A stretch of 24,000 bases of DNA, taken from positions 986,293-1,010,292 of the forward strand of contig NZ_JBIORZ010000002.1 in assembly GCF_051714485.1 (NCBI RefSeq). The letters are read 5' to 3'. The notes below the pieces were generated by a model that was not told where the DNA came from, did no database searches, and saw nothing but the letters and a program-made list of their open reading frames with translations. Origin of the DNA: Enterococcus sp. AZ128 (GTDB lineage: Bacteria > Bacillota > Bacilli > Lactobacillales > Enterococcaceae). Numbering within the stretch: the first letter of the stretch is position 1; each line of letters starts with the position of its first letter. A program made the translations under genes and the position numbers. Of this stretch, positions 15,729 to 22,575 are shown one piece after another.

Positions 15729-15765
15729 AAAACTGATAGATCATGATGATTTATCAGTTTTTTTA
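15729..15765 (+). terminator. rho-independent terminator ending the six-gene operon
   Basis: AAAACTGATA (15729-15738) / TATCAGTTTT (15752-15761) with a T-run to 15764. Confidence 0.7.
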
Positions 15766-15814
15766 TGCATAAAAAAATTTTGTTTTATCTGAAAAGAACC
15801 AACCGGATCACACC

Positions 15815-15823
15815 TGATATAAT
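15815..15823 (+). promoter_or_regulatory. extended -10 promoter element
   Basis: TGATATAAT (TG-N-TATAAT) lies 24 nt upstream of ATG 15847. No good -35 was seen. Confidence 0.4.
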
Positions 15824-15846
15824 AGTAATAAAAAGGGGTGTTCCTA

Positions 15847-16605
15847 ATGAAATTTCACGTATTCGGTGATGAGCAAGCACCGATCATCCTGCTGCTCCAT
15901 GGCATTCAAACACCTTGGCAGATTTGGCAAACGCAGATTGAGTACTTTCAAAAGGATTATTTGGTCATTGCCCCAGCATTGAATGGACATGAGGAAGATG
16001 CGGAAAGTGAATTTGAGAGTTTGGAAAAAGAGGTCGAAGAAATTGAAGATTACTGCCTTATTAACGGACATAAAGCTATTTTTGCGGTGTGCGGACTTTC
16101 GATGGGCGGAGTGCTGGCGTATAAATTATGGCTCAATGCAAGAATGTCCATCCAGCATCTTGTGATGGATGGGGCGCCTTTAGTGGCCAATAATAAGCTG
16201 GTACAGACAGCCATGACGAGACAATACCTGTCAATTACCCATAAAGCGCAACAGCGCGAGAGAAAGACAATGGAGAATTTTTCTAAGTTTTTTCTACCTA
16301 TAGAATACCTCGACAGTTATTTAAAAATTGCGGATAATATGAGCGACCAAACAATTAGAAATCTTGTACGGTCATTAGGAGAAAACGAGCTGGCTAGCCC
16401 CCCAGATAGGAGCGGGGAAGAGATCCTGTATTTGTATGGAACAGGAACTAATGAGCTGTTTTCAAAAAAATCAGCGAAACAACTAAGCCAGATCTATCCT
16501 GAGGCTACGATCGTCAGGCTTGATGGGTATGGACATACTCAAAAGGCCATATATGAACCGGAAGAGTGGCTTCAATTAATAGAAAAACAGATAAGGAAAA
16601 AATAA
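15847..16605 (+). CDS. alpha/beta-fold hydrolase
   Basis: Nucleophile elbow VCGLSMGGVLA (GxSxG), an N-terminal HG oxyanion motif (ILLLHGIQ) and a C-terminal GYGHT. Start moved to ATG 15847, preceded by AAGGGG. Confidence 0.75.
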   Translation: MKFHVFGDEQAPIILLLHGIQTPWQIWQTQIEYFQKDYLVIAPALNGHEEDAESEFESLEKEVEEIEDYCLINGHKAIFAVCGLSMGGVLAYKLWLNARMSIQHLVMDGAPLVANNKLVQTAMTRQYLSITHKAQQRERKTMENFSKFFLPIEYLDSYLKIADNMSDQTIRNLVRSLGENELASPPDRSGEEILYLYGTGTNELFSKKSAKQLSQIYPEATIVRLDGYGHTQKAIYEPEEWLQLIEKQIRKK

Positions 16606-16625
16606 ATTTGGAAAGCCGTGAACAG

Positions 16626-17417
16626 ATGAGTCCATTTACTATTTATAATGAAGGAAAACATGTATACCCAGTAATTATCAGTCTTCCTCACAGCGGGACA
16701 TGGATTCCAGCGGAGATGCGTAAAAGCTTGCGAAAAGAGGCAGTTTTGGCGAATACGGACTGGTTTCTGCCAGAATTATATCGTTTTTTCGCGGCGAACG
16801 GCTGCACGGTGATCGAGAATCACGTCAATCGCTATGTTATTGATCCGAACCGTGAAAGCCAGATGGCTGGTGATGATTATCAGGATACAGTTGTTTACCA
16901 ACAAAACACCTTTGGCAACTCTCTGTATAGTGAACCGTTGGCTCCGAAAAGAATCAAAGAACGTTTAGACAGCTACTATTGGCCGTATCACCAGACTCTG
17001 CAAGAATTGATCAAAGAGAAAAGAAAGCTTTTCTCAAAGGTCTATCTATTTGATTTGCATAGCTTTGCGGAGTACCCGAATGATGATCAGACTGCTCCGG
17101 CAGATTTCGTGATTGGAAACCAAGAGGATCAAACAGCTGGTTTGGATTTACGATTAGGCTTAACGCGCGCTTTAGAAGCCGCGGGCTACAGTGTTTCGAA
17201 TAATCATCCGTTTTGCGGCGGGTTTATTACGCAGCATTATGGGCAGCAAGCTGGGGTCGAAGCGTTGCAATTAGAAATTCGCTACAATCAATACATTGAT
17301 CAGCGCTCGTTTGGTGAAGAGGAATTAACGGATTATGACCCAGAATTATTCCTTTCCGCGCAGACTAAGCTGAAGAATATTTTTGAAACCTGCTTGAATG
17401 AACAACTAAATCATTGA
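16626..17417 (+). CDS. N-formylglutamate amidohydrolase (FGase) family protein
   Basis: N-terminal ISLPHSGTWIP, then YVIDPNR and FDLHSF motifs typical of the FGase family as I recall it. Start moved to ATG 16626 (MSPFTIYNEG...). Confidence 0.7.
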   Translation: MSPFTIYNEGKHVYPVIISLPHSGTWIPAEMRKSLRKEAVLANTDWFLPELYRFFAANGCTVIENHVNRYVIDPNRESQMAGDDYQDTVVYQQNTFGNSLYSEPLAPKRIKERLDSYYWPYHQTLQELIKEKRKLFSKVYLFDLHSFAEYPNDDQTAPADFVIGNQEDQTAGLDLRLGLTRALEAAGYSVSNNHPFCGGFITQHYGQQAGVEALQLEIRYNQYIDQRSFGEEELTDYDPELFLSAQTKLKNIFETCLNEQLNH

Positions 17418-17430
17418 AATACAGAAAAAA

Positions 17431-17463
17431 AGCGTTCGATCCCATGGGATCGAGCGCTTTTAG
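17431..17463. terminator. bidirectional rho-independent terminator between convergent genes
   Basis: AGCGTTCGATCCC (17431-17443) / GGGATCGAGCGCT (17446-17458) with one G-U pair. An A-run lies upstream and a T-run downstream. Confidence 0.8.
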
Positions 17464-18002
17464 TAATCATTTGGATAATGAACGACAATAAACTTCACGA
17501 GATTGTTAGTCTGATTGTCCCAGTTATGATAGATCGTTGAAAAATAATGGGCTGAATCGCCAGGATACAGCTGATACGTCTTTTCATCAATCACCAATGT
17601 CAGAATGCCTTCTAACACATACACGAATTCTTCACCTTGATGAGGATAGCTGGCTGGCAGCTCCCGTTTTTCATGAGGCATGATCTCGATCATCTTCGGG
17701 GCGATTTTTTTATCCTGAGGGGATTGGCTTAACTGTTTGTAAATCATGTTGTTTAGTTTATGGATAACCGGCTGATCGTAGCCCCGTACAATCGGTTCGA
17801 TCTCGGGTTCTTCTTCAAAAAAGTAATTGATCTTGACGTTAAATAAATCTGCGATATTTGAAAGATGTTCGACTGCGATAGTCGTGATGCCTCGTTCAAA
17901 CTGCGACAAAAAGCCTGTCGATAGGCCCGTAGCTTCTGAAAGCTGTTTGAGAGTCATTCCTCGTTCATTACGCAGGTTCTTCACTTTTTCACCAATGTTC
18001 AT
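17460..18002 (-). CDS. XRE-family transcriptional regulator with C-terminal cupin domain
   Basis: HTH_3-type N-terminus (IGEKVKNLRNERGMTLKQLSEATGLSTGFLSQFERG) and a cupin_2-like C-terminus (HQGEEFVYVLEGILTLVIDEKTYQLYPGDSAHY). RBS GAGGT lies upstream of ATG 18002. Confidence 0.85.
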   Translation of the reverse strand: MNIGEKVKNLRNERGMTLKQLSEATGLSTGFLSQFERGITTIAVEHLSNIADLFNVKINYFFEEEPEIEPIVRGYDQPVIHKLNNMIYKQLSQSPQDKKIAPKMIEIMPHEKRELPASYPHQGEEFVYVLEGILTLVIDEKTYQLYPGDSAHYFSTIYHNWDNQTNNLVKFIVVHYPNDY

Positions 18003-18269
18003 TTGCTTACCTCAATTTCATATTAAAATATTTCTTTTTTCTTGGGTGAAAAAAGAGTAGGATTCTCATCACATCTATTATTTTACCAAACTAACGGATT
18101 ATTTGATTCAGTAAAATAAAAAAAGTTAAAATCATGTGAAAGAATGGATATTCTTACGATAAATGTCTGTTTTAAGTATACCTGAAAAACGTGCAAACGC
18201 CTAACCGTCATTTAAATGAAAAACTTCAGAAAAAATAAATTAAAAAATTCACGAATATGAATAAAGCGG

Positions 18270-18298
18270 TTGCAAGTAAGGCGCAGGAGTCTTATAAT
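18270..18298 (+). promoter_or_regulatory. sigma-A-type promoter of the glycyl-radical operon
   Basis: TTGCAA (18270-18275), a 17-nt spacer, then TATAAT (18293-18298). The RBS GGGAGGG starts about 8 nt after the -10, implying a very short leader. Confidence 0.6.
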
Positions 18299-18318
18299 TG
18301 AAGACGGGAGGGAAGCAC

Positions 18319-19098
18319 GTGAAAAAGCCTACGATTTTTAATATTCAGAAGTTTTCGACTCATGATGGGCCGGGGATTCGTACGACGATTTTTTTCAAAG
18401 GGTGTCCCATCAGATGTGAATGGTGTCACAATCCTGAAAGCCAAGTGTTTGCACCAGAGATCATGTTAAATAAATATGGTAAAGAAGAAATGATTGGTAA
18501 AGATTATTCGATTCGCGAGCTGGTAAAGAAGATTCAAGCGGATCAAATCTTTTATGACCAGTCCGGCGGAGGTGTTACATTTTCCGGTGGTGAAGTGATG
18601 GCGCAAAACATGGACTATGTGGTGGAGCTGGCAAAAGAATGTCAACGCTTAGGGATTACAGTTGCCATTGATACTTGCGGAGTAGCGCCAACTGAAAACT
18701 ATCGGCGAATCTTGCCATATGCAGATTTATTTTTGTATGATCTAAAGTTCATAGATTCACATAATCATCAACTTTATACTGGCGCAGGCAATCAATTGGT
18801 ACTTGAAAATTTACGTTTCTTATCGGAGCATCAGGCAGAGATCAATTTACGTTTGATCTTATTGGATGAAATCAATGCGGAAGAACTAGATGCTGAAGCG
18901 ATTATTGATTGGTTAATAGAAGAGAAAATTCATGTGAGTGAAATTTCATTGTTGCCATATCATGACTTTGGTCGCGACAAGTACGAACGTTTGAACCGTA
19001 TTTGTACTCAAAATTTTAAAAAACCATCAGATGAAAAAGTAGCAGCCCTGCAAAAAGTCTACCAAGATGCAGGATACCAAGCGACGATCGGCGGATAA
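18319..19098 (+). CDS. glycyl-radical enzyme activating protein (radical SAM), short form without ferredoxin-like insert
   Basis: FSTHDGPGIRTTIFFKGCPIRCEWCHNPES (CX3CX2C) and SGGGVTFSGGE. GTG start at 18319 is preceded by GGGAGGG (18306-18312). There are six Cys in total and no CX2CX2CX3C motif. Confidence 0.9.
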   Translation: MKKPTIFNIQKFSTHDGPGIRTTIFFKGCPIRCEWCHNPESQVFAPEIMLNKYGKEEMIGKDYSIRELVKKIQADQIFYDQSGGGVTFSGGEVMAQNMDYVVELAKECQRLGITVAIDTCGVAPTENYRRILPYADLFLYDLKFIDSHNHQLYTGAGNQLVLENLRFLSEHQAEINLRLILLDEINAEELDAEAIIDWLIEEKIHVSEISLLPYHDFGRDKYERLNRICTQNFKKPSDEKVAALQKVYQDAGYQATIGG

Positions 19099-19146
19099 GT
19101 TCCATTAAAAGAATAATTGCCTAAATATACTATAGGAGGAATAAAA

Positions 19147-21549
19147 ATGGCAGAATTAACACTAGAACCAACCAGAAGAGGGAGCACTGAGCGAATCAAA
19201 CGTTTGCGGGAGATCAGTGACAAGGAATGTACACCAAGTATTTCGATGGAACGCGCAGTCCTATTGACCGAAGCTTACAAAAAATGGGAAGGTAAAGTTT
19301 CTGCACCTGTGTTACGAGGAGAAGCCTTCAAGTACATCATGGAAAACCGGACGAACTATATTGAAAAAGGGTCGCTGGTTCTTGGTGAAAAAGGCGATAA
19401 ACCTTGGGCGGCTCCGACGTTCCCAGAATTGTGCTGCCATACGTTAGAGGATTTTGACAACATGCATAATCGCGAAAAAGTTTTCTTCCGAGTAAGTGAA
19501 GAAGATCGACGCGTTCAAGAAGAAGTGATCATTCCTTATTGGCATGATCGTGCGATGATGACGCGGATGAATCGCTTACTACCAGAAGAATGGCATTTAT
19601 TATTTGATGCGGGACTTTATACAGAATTCTTGATGCAGCGCGGACCGGGCCATACGGTAGCAGATGGAAAAATGTATCAAAAAGGATTTGCTGATTTTAA
19701 AGCAGATATTCAACAAGAGATCGACAACTTAGATTACAACAATGATATGGAAGCGTTAAATAAACGTGAAGAACTAGAAGGAATGAAGCTGGTCTGCGAA
19801 GGCATGATCATTTACGGAAAACGCTATGCAAAAGAATGTCGTGAGTTAGCGGAAAAGGAAACGGATCCTCAATGGAAGCAAGAGCTGTTAGAATTAGCTG
19901 AAGTTTGTGATGTCGTACCGGAACATGCGCCGCAAACCTTCCGTCAAGCGATCCAAATGTATTGGTTCACTCATATTGGTGTGACGGTGGAAATGAACAA
20001 CTGGGATGCGTATTCTCCAGGTAAATTAGATCAGCATTTAGAACCATTCTATGAAAAGGATATCGAAGAAGGGCGCTTGACTCGGGAAGAAGCGCGTGAA
20101 TTGTTGGAAAATCTGTGGATTCAATTCAATAATCAGCCTGCACCGCCAAAAGTTGGGATCACGTTGAAAGAAAGCGGTACGTATACCGACTTCTGTAACT
20201 TGAATACTGGTGCATTGCGTCCAGACGGCACAAGCGGTGTCAGCGACGTCAGCTATCTGATCTTAGAAGTCATGGATGAAATGAAGTTATTGCAGCCAAG
20301 CTCAAATGTGCAGATTTCTCGCAAATCACCAGAAAAATTCTTGCGCGAAGCCTTAAAAGTTTCTCGTAAAGGCTGGGGACAGCCAGCGATGTATAACTCA
20401 GAAGCGATCTTGGCGGAGTTAAGTTATCTTGGCAAGTCTGTTGATGATGCTCGTGAAAGCGGGATTTGTTCAGGCTGTGTAGAAGTCGGAGTTGCAGGAA
20501 AAGAAGCCTATGTGCTGACTGGATATCTGAATATTCCGAAGGTCTTCGAATTAGCGATGAACCGTGGGTATGATCATTACACGGATAAACAAGTTGGGAT
20601 CGATGTAGGCGACTTCACTAAGATGGAAACTTATGAAGAAATCTTTGAAGCCTTCCATAAAGAATTGCAATACGTGGTGGACGTGAAGGTCGCAGGGAAT
20701 AACATGATCGAACGGATGTATATGGAATTTATGCCAGTTCCATTACTCTCAGTGATGTCAGATGATTGTATATCTGTTGGTAAAGACTACAATGCTGGCG
20801 GGGCGCGTTACAACACAAGCTACATTCAGTGTGTGGGTATCGCAACGATTACCGATTCGTTAGCAGCGATGAAGCACAATGTTTTTGAAGAAAAAACAAT
20901 GACGATGCAGGAATTGTTAGCTGCATGTGAAGCCGATTTTGAAAATTATGAAGAAATCTATGACAGAGTGTATAACGAAACGCCTAAATATGGGAATGAT
21001 GATGAATACGCGGATACTTTATTACGTGATGTGGCGGAATCTCTGCAAGAGGTCATCGCAGGACGTCCAACGCCGAAAGGTTCGAAAACAGTTGTTGAAT
21101 TCTTACCGACAACTTGTCACGTATACTTCGGCCAAGTTATGGAGGCTTCACCAAATGGCCGCCATAAAGGCATTCCATTGCCAGACGGCATCTCACCAGA
21201 AAAAGGCGCCGATCGCAATGGTCCGACAGCTGTAATCAAATCTGCCTCAAAAATTGACCAAACGAAAACAGGCGGCGCTTTGTTGAATCAGAAGTTCACA
21301 CCTAGTGTGGTAGCCGGAGAAGCTGGAATCACCAACATGGCTTCGTTAGTCCGCAGCTACTTTGCCTTGGATGGACACCATATCCAATTCAATGTAATCG
21401 ATCGCCAAACATTATTAAAGGCACAGCAGCATCCGAAGGAATACGAAAACTTGATCGTACGAGTAGCGGGCTACAGTGATTACTTCAACAATTTAGAAAA
21501 GGCTCTGCAAGATGAGATTATCTCAAGAACAGAGCAGGCATTTGGATAA
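19147..21549 (+). CDS. glycyl radical enzyme, PFL2/glycerol-dehydratase-type (1,2-eliminase) clade; substrate unknown, possibly trans-4-hydroxy-L-proline dehydratase-like
   Basis: C-terminal glycyl-radical motif LIVRVAGYSDYF. The Cys loop SGCVEVG has Cys plus Glu at +2, as in glycerol dehydratase, CutC and HypD, rather than the CC of PFL. 800 aa from ATG 19147, preceded by AGGAGG (19134-19139). Confidence 0.9.
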   Translation: MAELTLEPTRRGSTERIKRLREISDKECTPSISMERAVLLTEAYKKWEGKVSAPVLRGEAFKYIMENRTNYIEKGSLVLGEKGDKPWAAPTFPELCCHTLEDFDNMHNREKVFFRVSEEDRRVQEEVIIPYWHDRAMMTRMNRLLPEEWHLLFDAGLYTEFLMQRGPGHTVADGKMYQKGFADFKADIQQEIDNLDYNNDMEALNKREELEGMKLVCEGMIIYGKRYAKECRELAEKETDPQWKQELLELAEVCDVVPEHAPQTFRQAIQMYWFTHIGVTVEMNNWDAYSPGKLDQHLEPFYEKDIEEGRLTREEARELLENLWIQFNNQPAPPKVGITLKESGTYTDFCNLNTGALRPDGTSGVSDVSYLILEVMDEMKLLQPSSNVQISRKSPEKFLREALKVSRKGWGQPAMYNSEAILAELSYLGKSVDDARESGICSGCVEVGVAGKEAYVLTGYLNIPKVFELAMNRGYDHYTDKQVGIDVGDFTKMETYEEIFEAFHKELQYVVDVKVAGNNMIERMYMEFMPVPLLSVMSDDCISVGKDYNAGGARYNTSYIQCVGIATITDSLAAMKHNVFEEKTMTMQELLAACEADFENYEEIYDRVYNETPKYGNDDEYADTLLRDVAESLQEVIAGRPTPKGSKTVVEFLPTTCHVYFGQVMEASPNGRHKGIPLPDGISPEKGADRNGPTAVIKSASKIDQTKTGGALLNQKFTPSVVAGEAGITNMASLVRSYFALDGHHIQFNVIDRQTLLKAQQHPKEYENLIVRVAGYSDYFNNLEKALQDEIISRTEQAFG

Positions 21550-21702
21550 ATAGTTATTTAGAGGTTGTGACAGAAGTGGTCAGCCTCAAGAAATTTCGGC
21601 TTATTTCCGCATACAAGTTCTGCTTTGTGTAACTTAGTAGTAACTGTATGTGTAGCCTGCGAAGAAGAAGTTACTTCTGGAGTACCGTTTGTTCGGAAAA
21701 GG

Positions 21703-21740
21703 GAGGTGTGACAAGACTTTTGTTACACCTCTTTTTTTTT
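21703..21740 (+). terminator. strong rho-independent terminator after the glycyl radical enzyme gene
   Basis: GAGGTGTGAC (21703-21712) / GTTACACCTC (21722-21731), 10 bp including one G-U, followed by T9 (21732-21740). Confidence 0.85.
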
Positions 21741-21792
21741 ACGCCTGGAAAATAGCTGGCACTGATTCCTAAGAGATTTTAAGAAAGCTATC

Positions 21793-21801
21793 TGATATAA
21801 T
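21793..21801 (+). promoter_or_regulatory. extended -10 promoter element upstream of the FadR-type GntR gene
   Basis: TGATATAAT at 21793-21801, 35 nt upstream of ATG 21837. Confidence 0.4.
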
Positions 21802-21836
21802 TAGTTGAATATTGTCGGAGGGGTGCTGATTCATGT

Positions 21837-22535
21837 ATGGATGTTAAACCTAGATATGAAAAACAGAGTTTGAGCGATAAGGTTGTATTAGATGTGAAAC
21901 GTCGAATTTTGGCAGGTACGCTAAAGAGTGGAGCTCGTCTAATTGAGACAGATATCTCAAATGAGTTTACGATCAGTCGAGCTCCTGTCAGAGAAGCAAT
22001 GCGTATCCTGAATCAACAAGGCTTGATTATTTTTTCTCCTCGGAAGGGCAATCATATAATTGAGATGGGCCCAGATGAATTGCTGGAGGTTTTTGAAATT
22101 CGAACGTCGTTGGAGAGACAAAGTTTGCATAAAATTTTGCGGAAACAGCTGCTCAAGGAAGAGGATTTTCAGCAATTGACCCAAATTGCGCTTGATATGA
22201 AGGATGATGAGCGGCACTGTCAAAGTGAAGAGGAAAAAGTCTTTTTATTTAATTCACTGGACCTTGCTTTTCATAAATATCTTTGGGAATTATCTGGGAA
22301 TGTGAGAAGAACGCGAATTTTAGAAGGCCTATATTATCAATTACTGATTGTGATGAATGAGGATCTTTCTTCACATGAAACGCTAGAAAAGAAATCGGAA
22401 GAACACCTAGCATTTGTGGATGTTTTGCGCGGAAATGACCTTTCGACGGTTGTTCGCGAGTTTCACGACCATATCTACGCGTACGTTAAGGCTACCTTGC
22501 CGACAGAAGAAAAGAATTTTTACTTGGATTGCTAA
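21837..22535 (+). CDS. GntR-family transcriptional regulator, FadR subfamily (wHTH plus FCD domain)
   Basis: GntR wHTH (LIETDISNEFTISRAPVREAMRILNQQGLI) and an all-helical C-terminal domain with His/Asp positions typical of FCD (DLAFHKYL, EEHLAFV, FHDHI). RBS GGAGGGG at 21818-21824. Confidence 0.85.
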   Translation: MDVKPRYEKQSLSDKVVLDVKRRILAGTLKSGARLIETDISNEFTISRAPVREAMRILNQQGLIIFSPRKGNHIIEMGPDELLEVFEIRTSLERQSLHKILRKQLLKEEDFQQLTQIALDMKDDERHCQSEEEKVFLFNSLDLAFHKYLWELSGNVRRTRILEGLYYQLLIVMNEDLSSHETLEKKSEEHLAFVDVLRGNDLSTVVREFHDHIYAYVKATLPTEEKNFYLDC

Positions 22536-22575
22536 AAGAGTTATCTTTACTTAATGAGTATGGCTGGAAATAAAA

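Noticed and set aside
18095-18262. Rex- or FNR-like half sites (TGTGAAA at about 18136, TTCACGA at about 18248, TTGAT at about 18103) upstream of the glycyl-radical operon.
   Set aside because: These are only isolated half sites separated by about 110 bp. There is no full TTGTGAA-N4-TTCACAA or TTGAT-N4-ATCAA dyad.
462-19146. N-terminal extensions in the ORF track (starts at 462, 6866, 9340, 14557, 15838, 16566, 18298, 19117).
   Set aside because: In each case an internal ATG or GTG with a proper Shine-Dalgarno sequence lies just downstream. The extension runs into a terminator, a promoter or the preceding gene, so the starts were moved to 531, 6734, 9376, 14572, 15847, 16626, 18319 and 19147.
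21576-21632. An 18-codon ORF (GTG ... TAA; MVSLKKFRLISAYKFCFV) downstream of the GRE gene, considered as a possible small GRE subunit or leader peptide.
   Set aside because: Its only support is a GAGG 11 nt upstream and a GTG start. Small subunits are known only for other GRE classes (BSS, HPAD). It cannot be supported without conservation or ribosome-profiling data, so the region is reported as a structured RNA candidate instead.
21833-21847. A mini-ORF ATG-TAT-GGA-TGT-TAA overlapping the start of the FadR-type GntR gene, better spaced from the GGAGGGG RBS than ATG 21837.
   Set aside because: It has four codons and no evidence of function. It is most likely incidental and is noted only because it may affect start-site choice.
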